32,000 bases of DNA from Caldimicrobium thiodismutans. Lineage in GTDB: Bacteria; Desulfobacterota; Thermodesulfobacteria; Thermodesulfobacteriales; Thermodesulfobacteriaceae. Position numbers and translations under genes: made by a program. Positions 8,136-16,325 of this stretch are shown one piece after another. Every line of letters begins with the position of its first letter. Within the stretch, counting starts at the first letter, position 1. The DNA is taken from contig NZ_AP014945.1 of NCBI RefSeq assembly GCF_001548275.1, forward strand, positions 180,001 through 212,000, read 5' to 3'. Below the pieces are notes generated by a model. The model searched no databases. It was not told the DNA's origin and saw only the letters and a program-made list of their open reading frames with translations.

Positions 8136-8498
8136 TTATTCACCCTTAATTTTCTCCATACGCTCCTGAGCTCTTTTACAGTCAATGCAAAGGGTGGCTT
8201 CTGGTCTGGCTAAGAGTCTTTTTTCGTCAATTTCTGCTCCACAGGCCTCACATACCCCATAGGTTCCCTCTTCAATCTTACGCAGGGCTTTTTCTATCTT
8301 TTTAAGAAGTTTTTGTTCTCTATCTCTAAGCCTCAATCCTAAAACTAAATTGCTCTCCCGTGTGGCCTGATCTACTGCATCAGGAAGGTTCTCCGTTCCC
8401 TCTTCAAGTTCCTTTAAGGTTTCCATAACATCTCTCAGGATCTCCTCTCTCCTTTTAAGCAGGAGTTCTTTGAATTGTTGAAGTTTCTCTTTTTCCAT
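8136..8498 (-). CDS. dksA: DksA/TraR-family C4 zinc-finger RNA polymerase-binding protein
   Basis: The coiled-coil tip motif PDAVDQA (DxxDxA) is present, as is the zinc finger CEACGAEIDEKRLLARPEATLCIDC. GGAGGAGG lies upstream of the ATG. Confidence 0.8.
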   Translation of the reverse strand: MEKEKLQQFKELLLKRREEILRDVMETLKELEEGTENLPDAVDQATRESNLVLGLRLRDREQKLLKKIEKALRKIEEGTYGVCEACGAEIDEKRLLARPEATLCIDCKRAQERMEKIKGE

Positions 8499-8516
8499 CC
8501 CCTCCTCCCCGTAAGT

Positions 8517-8993
8517 TTATTCAAAGGTAACTTCTCCGCTTTTTCCTCCGCTTTTATAGGTCAAACGGATATTATGTATTCGGATTCCCTTATGCAGGGC
8601 CTTGCACATATCATAAATAGTAAGAGCTGAAACTGAGACAGCGGTTAGGGCCTCCATTTCCACTCCGGTCTGGGCATTAGTTTTAACCTCAGCTGTAATT
8701 TCAATGGAAGAGCGCTCTTTTAAAAAATCAAAGGTTATTTCAACTTGAGTTATAGGTAAAGGATGACAAAGGGGGATAAGCTCGGAAGTTTTTTTGGCTG
8801 CAAGGATACCTGCAATTTTTGCACAGGCCAGAAAGTCCCCTTTGGGCACATCTTGAGACAAGACCCGAGGATAGATCTCTTCAGGAAAGATTACTTCTCC
8901 CTTGGCAATAGCTCTTCTTGCTGTTGTGATTTTATGGCCCACATCTACCATATGAAGGCTTCCGTTCTCTTTCAGGTGAGTAAAATCAGGCAT
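8517..8993 (-). CDS. moaC: Cyclic pyranopterin monophosphate synthase MoaC
   Basis: [66 protein letters not shown] is classic MoaC. The ORF is open to a TTG at 9005. I prefer the ATG at 8993, which overlaps the dnaJ 3' end by 8 nt. Confidence 0.85.
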   Translation of the reverse strand: MPDFTHLKENGSLHMVDVGHKITTARRAIAKGEVIFPEEIYPRVLSQDVPKGDFLACAKIAGILAAKKTSELIPLCHPLPITQVEITFDFLKERSSIEITAEVKTNAQTGVEMEALTAVSVSALTIYDMCKALHKGIRIHNIRLTYKSGGKSGEVTFE

Positions 8994-10164
8994 CTTTGCC
9001 ACCAAAGAGAAATTTTTCCCAGAAACCCTCTTTCTTGGGCTTAGGATCTGACTTTTTTTCTTTTTTCTTCCCCTCTAAGGAATCTCCATTTCTTGAGTCA
9101 GATTTTATCCAGCCCTCTTTTTCAGCCAAATTTTTGAGAATCTCCATTCCTTCGGGACTCAGTTTTTTGGGAAGTTCTACCTTAACTTTTAAAATAAGGT
9201 CTCCCCTTTCCTTGGTTCTCCAGTCAGGAAGTCCTTCGCCTTTAAGGATAAGCTCTTCTTCAGGCTGAGTTCCAGGAGGAATCCTCACCTCAAGGGATTT
9301 TCCAAAATAGGGAAGAGTAAGAGTCTCTCCAAGGATAGCAGATACAAAGTTTACCTTTATCTCTCCAAAGACATGATTCTTTTCTCTGCGGAAATAACGA
9401 TGGGGTTTGACCCGGATTCTGACATAGAGATCTCCAGGACGACCTCCATAAAGTCCTCCTTCACCCTCTCCCTGAAGGCGAAAAATACTTCCATCCTCAA
9501 CCCCTGGAGGAATAGATATTTTTAGAGACCTTTTTCTCCGTATCCTTCCATTCCCTTTACAGGAAGGGCATTTCTCAACGAAGGTTGAGCCTTTCCCTCC
9601 ACATTCAGGACAGAGATAGGCAACCCTGAAAAAGCCCTCTCTATAATGGACCTTTCCTTTGCCCTGGCATGCTTCACAGAGTTTTACACCTTTCACGGGA
9701 TCATAACCCAGACCCTGACAGGTCTCACAGGTTTCCCATCTCTCAATCTCCAGATCAATTTGGGTCTCCTCTTTAAAGAGGTCTTCAAAGTTAATCCAGA
9801 CCTCTGTTGAAAGGTCTGCCCCATTTCTTTTTTTCTTTGAGGGGCCTTCTTCAAAGGAGAACCCAAAAAACTCTTCAAAAAGGTCTGAGAAGCTTTGAAA
9901 GATGTCAGAAATATCTTCAAAGCCTCTGTATCCTGAACTCTTAAGCCCTACATAACCCTCTTGGTCGTAAATAGCTCTTTTGGCTGGATCTGAAAGGACT
10001 TCGTAAGCCTCAGAAATGTCCTTGAATTTTTCCTCGGCAGATTTATCACCTTGATTGCGATCCGGGTGAAATTGCATAGCGAGCCTGCGATAGGCTCGCT
10101 TTATCTCATCCTGAGTTGCATTTCTGGGGACTCCGAGAATAGCGTAGTAGTCTTTATAATTCAT
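8986..10164 (-). CDS. dnaJ: Molecular chaperone DnaJ (type I, with zinc-finger domain)
   Basis: J domain ([33 protein letters not shown]), an F-rich linker, four CxxCxGxG repeats, a C-terminal substrate-binding domain and a K-rich tail. Confidence 0.9.
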   Translation of the reverse strand: MNYKDYYAILGVPRNATQDEIKRAYRRLAMQFHPDRNQGDKSAEEKFKDISEAYEVLSDPAKRAIYDQEGYVGLKSSGYRGFEDISDIFQSFSDLFEEFFGFSFEEGPSKKKRNGADLSTEVWINFEDLFKEETQIDLEIERWETCETCQGLGYDPVKGVKLCEACQGKGKVHYREGFFRVAYLCPECGGKGSTFVEKCPSCKGNGRIRRKRSLKISIPPGVEDGSIFRLQGEGEGGLYGGRPGDLYVRIRVKPHRYFRREKNHVFGEIKVNFVSAILGETLTLPYFGKSLEVRIPPGTQPEEELILKGEGLPDWRTKERGDLILKVKVELPKKLSPEGMEILKNLAEKEGWIKSDSRNGDSLEGKKKEKKSDPKPKKEGFWEKFLFGGKDA

Positions 10165-10168
10165 AGCT

Positions 10169-10435
10169 TTAAGGATTTAGGCTTTTCTGTTTCAGAATCT
10201 CGGAGATCTCGTAAGGAGTAGAAGGTTTTTCTCTTTTAACCAGATCTTTTATGTTTTCTGGGGTTACTGCTCCTTGGGCAATTTCTCTTAAAGCTAAAAC
10301 AATCTCCTTGTTATCCGCATTGATTAAAGGCTCAGCCCCTTCCCTTAGTTGTTTAACTCGCTCAATAGTTAAGCGAATCAGCCTAAATCTGCTGGGCACT
10401 GCTTTTAAACAGTCTTCAACAGTTACTCTGGCCAT
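10169..10435 (-). CDS. rpoZ: DNA-directed RNA polymerase subunit omega
   Basis: [38 protein letters not shown] is the typical RpoZ N-terminus. Length is 88 aa. Confidence 0.85.
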   Translation of the reverse strand: MARVTVEDCLKAVPSRFRLIRLTIERVKQLREGAEPLINADNKEIVLALREIAQGAVTPENIKDLVKREKPSTPYEISEILKQKSLNP

Positions 10436-10453
10436 TTTGACCTCCTGCTAATC

Positions 10454-10675
10454 TTAGACAGCAACTACTTCAGATACCTCAGGGACTTCTCTTTTGAGAT
10501 ACCTTTCAATACCCATCTTGAGAGTCATCATGGACATGGGGCAACACCCGCAGGCTCCCTGTAGTCTGACCTTAACCACGCCATCCTCAGTAATCTCCAC
10601 AAGCTCCACATCTCCACCATCAGCCTGAAGCATAGGTCTTACCTTTTCAAGGGCCTTTTCAACCGCTTCTCTCAT
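10454..10675 (-). CDS. NifU C-terminal-domain (Nfu-type) Fe-S cluster scaffold protein
   Basis: 73 aa. [41 protein letters not shown] carries the CxxC motif characteristic of the NifU C-terminal domain. AGGAGG lies upstream of the ATG. Confidence 0.8.
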   Translation of the reverse strand: MREAVEKALEKVRPMLQADGGDVELVEITEDGVVKVRLQGACGCCPMSMMTLKMGIERYLKREVPEVSEVVAV

Positions 10676-10719
10676 AACTTACCTCCTGAAAATTTTTAAA
10701 TAATTTAATACATTTTTTC

Positions 10720-10748
10720 TTGACAGCAAGCTCTTTGTTTATTACAAT
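10720..10748 (+). promoter_or_regulatory. Sigma-70 promoter for ilvD-mlaEFD
   Basis: TTGACA (10720-10725), 17 nt, TACAAT (10743-10748), in the divergent intergenic region. GGAGG at 10773 precedes the GTG start at 10785. Confidence 0.6.
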
Positions 10749-10784
10749 CATTTTAATCTCAGAAAACTTTGTGGAGGTAAAGAG

Positions 10785-12440
10785 GTGAGGAGCGATAAGA
10801 TTAAAAAGGGTTTGGAGAGAGCACCCCATAGATCCCTACTTCGGGCCCTTGGGTTTAGTGATGATGAGCTTAAGGCACCTCTCATTGGAATTGCTAATTC
10901 TTTTAATGAGATTATTCCAGGGCACATTCATCTTAAAGACATAGTATCAGCAGTCAAGGCAGGTATCAGGCAGGCAGGGGGAGTCCCTGTTGAGTTTGGA
11001 GTTATAGGGGTCTGTGATGGCTTAGCTATGAATCACGAAGGCATGAAATACTCTCTGGTTAGCAGGGATCTTATTGCAGATTCCATTGAAATAATGGCTC
11101 AGGCGCATGCCTTTGACGGGCTTGTTTTAGTAACAAGTTGTGACAAGATTACTCCTGGTATGCTTATGGCTGCCTTTAGAATTAATATTCCTTCCATTTT
11201 AATAGCTGGAGGCCCCATGCTTACAGGAGAATTTAGGGGCCGAAAGGTCAACCTTATCTCTGCCTTTGAGGGAGTAGGTAGAGTGAAACGCGGGGAGATG
11301 ACAGAAGAAGAGCTTTATGAGCTTGAGGCCTGTGCCTGTCCAACCTGCGGTTCCTGTGCAGGTATGTTTACTGCCAATTCCATGAATTGTTTAACAGAGG
11401 CCCTTGGAATGGCCTTACCTGGAAATGGCACTATTCCAGCTGTTTATGCCGACAGAATTCGTTTAGCTAAGGAGACAGGGAAGGCTATTGTGCATTTAGT
11501 AAAAAAAGGCCTGACTCCAAGGAAAATTGTTTCAGAAGCCTCTTTCAGGAATGCTATCTCTGTGGATATGGCCCTTGGCTGCTCTACTAACACTGTCCTT
11601 CATCTTATGGCCATTGCTAAAGAGGCGGGTATCCCCCTTAATTTAAAGACCTTTGATGAGATTTCTCGGCAAACTCCCGTTCTTGCTAAACTCATTCCTG
11701 CAGGTCCGCATAGCGTTCCAGAACTCCATCAGGCTGGAGGAATACCTGCTGTGATGAAGGAACTATCCAAGCTCGGTTTGATAGACCTCTCCACTCAAAC
11801 TGTATCAGGGAAAAAGTTAGGGGAGCTTCTTTCAAAGGTTGAGAATAGAAATCCGGAGGTTTTGAGACCCGTTGAGAAGGCCTATAGTTTAGAAGGGGGT
11901 ATTGCCATTCTTTACGGAAATCTCGCTCCTGAAGGAGCTGTGGTGAAGACCAGCGCTGTTTTGCCTGAAATGATGAAACATACAGGGCCTGCTCGAGTCT
12001 TTAATTCCGAAGAGGAGGCTTATTCAGCTATTCTTGCAGGCAAAATTAAGGCAGGAGATGTAGTGGTTATCCGTTATGAAGGCCCCAAAGGAGGACCAGG
12101 TATGCGAGAGATGCTATCTCCTACCTCTGCTATCATTGGTATGGGACTGGGAGGATCTGTTGCCCTTCTTACCGATGGTCGCTTTAGCGGGGGAACTCAA
12201 GGAGCATGCATTGGGCATATCTCACCTGAGGCAGCTGAAGGTGGGCCTATTGCCCTTGTTGAAGAGGGAGATCTTATTGAGATTGATATACCTGAAAGAA
12301 GGCTTGAGCTTAAGATTTCAAAGGAAGAGCTCCTTAAAAGGAAAAAGCTTTGGAAACCTCCTAAGAAAAAATTAAAAGGGGTCTTGAAAAAATATCATAC
12401 TTTAGTAAAATCAGCCTCAACTGGGGCTATTTTAGAATGA
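10785..12440 (+). CDS. ilvD: Dihydroxy-acid dehydratase
   Basis: 551 aa with a GTG start. [22 protein letters not shown](I)[27 protein letters not shown] and TDGRFSGGT are diagnostic IlvD/Edd motifs. Confidence 0.95.
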   Translation: MRSDKIKKGLERAPHRSLLRALGFSDDELKAPLIGIANSFNEIIPGHIHLKDIVSAVKAGIRQAGGVPVEFGVIGVCDGLAMNHEGMKYSLVSRDLIADSIEIMAQAHAFDGLVLVTSCDKITPGMLMAAFRINIPSILIAGGPMLTGEFRGRKVNLISAFEGVGRVKRGEMTEEELYELEACACPTCGSCAGMFTANSMNCLTEALGMALPGNGTIPAVYADRIRLAKETGKAIVHLVKKGLTPRKIVSEASFRNAISVDMALGCSTNTVLHLMAIAKEAGIPLNLKTFDEISRQTPVLAKLIPAGPHSVPELHQAGGIPAVMKELSKLGLIDLSTQTVSGKKLGELLSKVENRNPEVLRPVEKAYSLEGGIAILYGNLAPEGAVVKTSAVLPEMMKHTGPARVFNSEEEAYSAILAGKIKAGDVVVIRYEGPKGGPGMREMLSPTSAIIGMGLGGSVALLTDGRFSGGTQGACIGHISPEAAEGGPIALVEEGDLIEIDIPERRLELKISKEELLKRKKLWKPPKKKLKGVLKKYHTLVKSASTGAILE

Positions 12441-13204
12441 ATCCCTTTTTTAAACTTGGAAAAGGTTTTATCAGGTTAATTCAAGAATCTGGTGGTATCT
12501 TTCTCTTTTTCTGGCAAGCCTTTTTCTATACCTTTACCCCTCCTTTAAGAATAAGACTGTATTTTAAACAGATGGAGTTTATTGGGGTTAAGTCCTGGTT
12601 AGTAGTTTCCCTGACAGCCCTTTTTTCTGGTATGGTTACAGCCTATCAGGTGCATCACGCTCTAATTAAATTTGGTGGGCAGAGTGTGTTAGGTGGGGTT
12701 GTAGCTTTAACGCTTACTCGAGAGCTTGGGCCTGTGCTTTCTGCTATAATGGTAGTAGCCAGGGCTGGTTCAGCTATAACCGCTGAGATAGGAAGTATGC
12801 GTATAACGGAGCAGATAGATGCCCTCAAGATTATGGCAGTTAATCCTATTCAATATCTGATTACCCCAAGGCTCTGGGCTGCTATGCTTGTAGTTCCCCT
12901 GCTTACAGCCATGGCTGATCTGATTGGTATTGCGGGTGGCTATCTCATAGGTGTCTTTGTTCTGGGAATTGATCATGGGATCTTTATGGCCAGAATGGAA
13001 GATATGGTTGAGCTGATTGATATTATGAGTGGAATATACAAATCCATTTTTTTTGGGGCCTTTATGGTAGCTGTTTGTGGTTATAAGGGTTATTTTGCCT
13101 CTGGTGGGGCAGAAGGTGTGGGGAAAGCAACTACTGAGGCAGTGGTTATTTCCTCAGTAGGTATTCTTATCTCTGATTATATTTTGACAACCATTTTCTT
13201 TTAA
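12437..13204 (+). CDS. mlaE: MlaE-type ABC transporter permease (phospholipid/lipid asymmetry maintenance)
   Basis: 255-aa polytopic protein. [38 protein letters not shown] is the conserved MlaE/YrbE core. The ATGA overlaps the ilvD stop. Confidence 0.85.
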   Translation: MNPFFKLGKGFIRLIQESGGIFLFFWQAFFYTFTPPLRIRLYFKQMEFIGVKSWLVVSLTALFSGMVTAYQVHHALIKFGGQSVLGGVVALTLTRELGPVLSAIMVVARAGSAITAEIGSMRITEQIDALKIMAVNPIQYLITPRLWAAMLVVPLLTAMADLIGIAGGYLIGVFVLGIDHGIFMARMEDMVELIDIMSGIYKSIFFGAFMVAVCGYKGYFASGGAEGVGKATTEAVVISSVGILISDYILTTIFF

Positions 13205-13209
13205 GAACT

Positions 13210-13959
13210 ATGATAAAAATTGTAAATCTCAAAAAAAGCTTTAATTCCTTTCAAGTCTTAAAAGGGGTTAATCTGGAAATTCCAGCGGATAAAATAACCT
13301 TTATCATGGGAGGAAGTGGGACAGGTAAAAGTGTGCTTTTAAAGCATATTGTGGGCTTGCTTAGGCCTGATGAAGGGGAGATCTGGTTTGAGAATCAAGA
13401 TCTTACCAAACTTTCAGAAAGGGAATTTCAGAAGGTCAGGAAAAAGATAGGGCTGCTTTTTCAAGAAGGAGCTCTCTTTGACTCTATGACAGTTGCGGAA
13501 AATGTAGCCTTCCCTCTTAAAGAACACACCAAGCTTTCTGGAAAAGAGATTTCCTCTAAGGTGGAAGAGCTTTTATCAGCAGTTGATTTACTTCAGGCTA
13601 AGGATAAATATCCTTCTGAACTTTCAGGTGGTATGCGTAAAAGGGCTGCTCTTGCCAGAACCTTGGCCCTTAATCCTCAGGTCATTCTCTTTGATGAGCC
13701 CACTACCGGTCTTGATCCTGTCCTTCAAATCACCATTATGGATCTTATCAAAAAGGTCAAAGAGACCTATCATGTTACCTGCGTAATCATTAGTCATGAC
13801 CTCATCTTGGCCTTTAAGTATGCTGATCATATAGCCTTTTTGCATGAAGGTGTTATTATAGAAGAAGGGGATGTGGAAAAGATTAAGACCTCAACCCATC
13901 CTTTTGTAAAGCACTTCAGAGAGAGTGCCCTTTTAGAAACCAAATCTGAGGAGGTGTAA
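13210..13959 (+). CDS. mlaF: MlaF-type ABC transporter ATP-binding protein
   Basis: Walker A GGSGTGKS, signature LSGGMRKRAALAR, Walker B ILFDEPTTGLD and an H-loop. It lies between the mlaE and mlaD homologues. Confidence 0.85.
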   Translation: MIKIVNLKKSFNSFQVLKGVNLEIPADKITFIMGGSGTGKSVLLKHIVGLLRPDEGEIWFENQDLTKLSEREFQKVRKKIGLLFQEGALFDSMTVAENVAFPLKEHTKLSGKEISSKVEELLSAVDLLQAKDKYPSELSGGMRKRAALARTLALNPQVILFDEPTTGLDPVLQITIMDLIKKVKETYHVTCVIISHDLILAFKYADHIAFLHEGVIIEEGDVEKIKTSTHPFVKHFRESALLETKSEEV

Positions 13960-13961
13960 AC

Positions 13962-14999
13962 ATGGCCAATAAAGGTGGAACGGAGATAAAAGTAGGTATT
14001 TTTGTTTTTCTTGGTATATTGGCCCTACTCTATCTCACTTTTAAGCTTGCTCAGGAGGCCTTTGTTCCTAAGGATACCTATCGTCTTTATGCGGTCTTTA
14101 ATAGCGTTTCTGGATTGATTAGAGGGGCTAAAATTGAGATGGCAGGTGTCCCTATTGGTAAGGTTGGTGAGATAAGCTTGACACCAGAGGGAAAGGCCAA
14201 GGTTGAATTACTTGTCTTTAAAAAATATAAGGTTCAAGAGGATGCAGTGGCAGTAGTGCGCACCTTTGGGGTTCTTGGAGATAAATATGTAGAGATCCGG
14301 CCTGGGACATCACAGGTCTATCTTTCTGAGGGAGCTATGATTGCTAAAACCGAAAGTTCCGTTGATCTTGACCAGATTCTTGCTAATATCGGCCCAACTG
14401 TAGAAGGTTTAAAGGAGGTTTTGGGGACTCAGGAGGGTAAAGAAAACATTAAAATTCTTGTGGCTAATATAAAGGATGCCTCGGAGAGCTTTAAAAAGAT
14501 AGCTGAAAAAGTGGATAAAGGGCAGGGCACCCTCGGAAAATTGATAGCTGATGATAAGCTTTATAAAGACCTATCAGCAACCTCCCAGAGCTTGAAAAAT
14601 ATTGCCCAACAAATTGAGAAAGGAGAAGGCACTCTCGGTAAACTTGTTAAGGATGAAACCCTGTATAAAACTTTAAAAAACACCGCCTCCAATCTTGAAA
14701 AGGTCTCTCAAAAGCTTGAAAAAGGCGAGGGCACTCTTGGTAAACTTATTAATGAGGATGCCCTATATAAGGATTTACGGGCCCTTTCTAAGGATCTCAA
14801 AAATACTGCCCAGAATCTGGATAAGATTGTGGCTCGTTTAGAAAAGGGTGAGGGCACCCTTGGCAAACTCTTAAAGGATGATTCCCTTTATACAGAAGCT
14901 AAAAAAACTCTTAAAAGTGTTAACAGAGCTGCCAAAGGGGTAGAAGAACAGGTGCCTATTACAGTCCTTGGAACTGTGGCTGGGGCTGCTATGAAGTAA
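13962..14999 (+). CDS. mlaD: MlaD/MCE-domain substrate-binding protein with an extended repeat-containing C-terminus
   Basis: N-terminal TM helix, then an MCE domain (..FNSVSGLIRGAKIEMAGVPIGKVGEISL..), then four GTLGKL-type repeats. GAGGAGG lies upstream of the ATG. Confidence 0.8.
   Translation: MANKGGTEIKVGIFVFLGILALLYLTFKLAQEAFVPKDTYRLYAVFNSVSGLIRGAKIEMAGVPIGKVGEISLTPEGKAKVELLVFKKYKVQEDAVAVVRTFGVLGDKYVEIRPGTSQVYLSEGAMIAKTESSVDLDQILANIGPTVEGLKEVLGTQEGKENIKILVANIKDASESFKKIAEKVDKGQGTLGKLIADDKLYKDLSATSQSLKNIAQQIEKGEGTLGKLVKDETLYKTLKNTASNLEKVSQKLEKGEGTLGKLINEDALYKDLRALSKDLKNTAQNLDKIVARLEKGEGTLGKLLKDDSLYTEAKKTLKSVNRAAKGVEEQVPITVLGTVAGAAMK
14511..14936 (+). repeat. Four in-frame tandem repeats (34-41 aa period) inside mlaD
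   Basis: (V/I/L)(D/E)KG(Q/E)GTLGKL(I/V/L)xxDxLYKxL...L(K/E)x occurs at aa 184, 218, 252 and 293. The DNA copies have diverged. Confidence 0.8.
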
Positions 15000-15261
15000 A
15001 AAAGTTATTCCTGCTCAAGATAAAAGATCTTTATGATCCTTTTTCTGGGCATAATAAAGCCTGTCTTGACTTTGATTTAAAATCAATCCAATCCCTACCT
15101 GTCTGCCCAATAATGTAAAGGAATACATAATGGACAAACACATAGCCAAAAGAGGGCAAACACATAGGTTTGCCCCTACATAATACAGGTTCATTTTCCT
15201 ACAACCGAAGTAGTAGAAAAAATCCTCTTGAGTCTCAAGAGATATGGACTTATACAAAAAT

Positions 15262-15289
15262 TTGACACCTGTCAAAAAAGTTATATAAT
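15262..15289 (+). promoter_or_regulatory. Consensus sigma-70 promoter directly abutting the start codon of activator 1
   Basis: TTGACA (15262-15267), 16 nt, TATAAT (15284-15289). This is a 12/12 match. The ATG at 15297 is 7 nt after the -10, which predicts a leaderless or near-leaderless mRNA. The -35 lies within the palindrome TTGACaccTGTCAA. Confidence 0.6.
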
Positions 15290-15296
15290 TCACAGC

Positions 15297-16304
15297 ATGA
15301 GTTATCTTCTTGAGACAAGAAACCCTCAGATGCAAGAGGTGCTTCAGGTTCTCAAAAAGGTTGCTCCTTCATCAAGTACAGTCCTACTTCTGGGAGAATC
15401 AGGAACCGGTAAAGAGGTTTTAGCTAAATATTTGCACCATTGTAGTGGTAGAAAGGGTGCCTTTATAGCTATAAATTGTGCAGCTATTCCGGAAGAGCTT
15501 TTAGAGGCTGAGCTTTTTGGTTTTGAGAAGGGAGCTTTTACCGGGGCTTTAAAAGCCAAGCCTGGTAAATTTGAGCTTGCCCAAGGTGGAACCCTTTTTC
15601 TGGATGAGATTGGGGATATGCCCCTTAAACTTCAGGCCAAGGTTTTGCGAGCAATTCAAGATAAAGAAATTGAAAGATTAGGAGGGGAGTCCCCTATAAA
15701 AGTAAATACCCGCATTGTAGCTGCCACAAATCAAGACCTTGAAAGTTTGGTTAAAGAAGGGCGTTTTAGAGAGGATCTCTACTTCAGGCTTAATGTCATT
15801 CCTCTTGTAATCCCTCCTCTTAGAGAAAGAAAAGAGGATATCCCTCTTTTAGCTGAATTTTTACTAAAAAAACTCTGTGAAAGGGAAGAAATACCTAAAA
15901 AAAAGCTCTCTCCAGAGGTTTTGGAGAGATTTCTTCTCTATAATTGGCCTGGAAATGTAAGGGAATTTGAAAATCTTCTTGAGAGAATGGTAATTCTATC
16001 CGAAGGAGATACTTTATCCTTAGAGGAACTTCCGCCTCATCTCAAAGACCTTAACCCTTCTAATAAAGCTAAGGAAGAGGAAAAAGTCATTGAAGAAAGA
16101 AGTTTCTTTGCTAAAAGGGTTTTTGAGCTTCCTGATTTAGAGAGAGAGGAGCTTTCTCTGAATGAGCTTTTAAGGGAGATAGAACTTTATTATCTGAAAA
16201 GGGCCCTTGAGCTTTCATCAGGCGTAAAAAGCAAAGCAGCTAAACTTTTAGGGCTTAATAGAACTACCTTTATTGAAAAGCTTAAAAAATATAAATTGGC
16301 ATAA
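15297..16304 (+). CDS. Sigma-54-dependent transcriptional activator with no N-terminal sensory domain (PspF/HrpS-like architecture)
   Basis: The AAA+ core starts about 25 aa from the ATG (..STVLLLGESGTGKEVLAKYLH). GAFTGA is intact (FEKGAFTGA). Walker B is LFLDEIGDM, with RFREDLYFRLNV and a C-terminal Fis-type HTH (KSKAAKLLGLNRTTFIEKLKKYKL). The ORF is open from a TTG at 15228, but that would lie upstream of the promoter. Confidence 0.8.
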   Translation: MSYLLETRNPQMQEVLQVLKKVAPSSSTVLLLGESGTGKEVLAKYLHHCSGRKGAFIAINCAAIPEELLEAELFGFEKGAFTGALKAKPGKFELAQGGTLFLDEIGDMPLKLQAKVLRAIQDKEIERLGGESPIKVNTRIVAATNQDLESLVKEGRFREDLYFRLNVIPLVIPPLRERKEDIPLLAEFLLKKLCEREEIPKKKLSPEVLERFLLYNWPGNVREFENLLERMVILSEGDTLSLEELPPHLKDLNPSNKAKEEEKVIEERSFFAKRVFELPDLEREELSLNELLREIELYYLKRALELSSGVKSKAAKLLGLNRTTFIEKLKKYKLA

Positions 16305-16312
16305 AATTTGTA
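16297..16312 (+). promoter_or_regulatory. Weak candidate sigma-54 (-24/-12) promoter
   Basis: TGGCAT-AAAAT-TTGTA against the consensus TGGCAC-N5-TTGCA (9/11, with a mismatch at the conserved -12 C). It overlaps the stop of activator 1, 11-29 nt upstream of candidate starts of the TPR gene. Confidence 0.25.
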
Positions 16313-16325
16313 AATTTTAACTTTG

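Noticed and set aside
8763-10451. ORFs 8763-9044 (+), 8996-9268 (+), 9693-9920 (-) and 10251-10451 (+)
   Set aside because: They are shadow or alternative-frame ORFs over moaC, dnaJ and rpoZ. They are S/F/L-rich low-complexity translations of the complement of K/E-rich genes.
12437-12440. The ilvD-mlaE ATGA overlap as evidence for a functional amino-acid/lipid-transport link
   Set aside because: Four-base start/stop overlaps are frequent throughout this compact window (fliG/fliH, fliJ/ylxF-like, activator 2/flgB). This most likely reflects genome compaction rather than shared function.
12076-13845. ORFs 12076-12375 (+), 12770-12976 (-), 13583-13786 (+) and 13624-13845 (-)
   Set aside because: They are nested in ilvD, mlaE and mlaF in other frames, with no independent support.
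15045-15059. TGGGCATAATAAAGC as a sigma-54 promoter for activator 1
   Set aside because: Only the GG-N10-GC skeleton matches and the flanking consensus bases do not. A perfect sigma-70 promoter already explains expression.
15228-15296. Upstream TTG start for activator 1 given in the ORF track (MSLKRYGLIQKFDTCQKSYIIHS..)
   Set aside because: The extension would start upstream of the perfect TTGACA-16-TATAAT promoter and contains it. It resembles no activator N-terminus. The ATG at 15297 gives a PspF-like distance to the Walker A motif.
15015-15335. 106-aa minus-strand ORF spanning the mlaD/activator-1 spacer
   Set aside because: It runs antisense through the consensus sigma-70 promoter and the first codons of activator 1. 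It has no RBS and low-complexity, Cys- and Tyr-rich sequence. At most its last ~30 codons may be gene debris (see the finding on 15000-15224).
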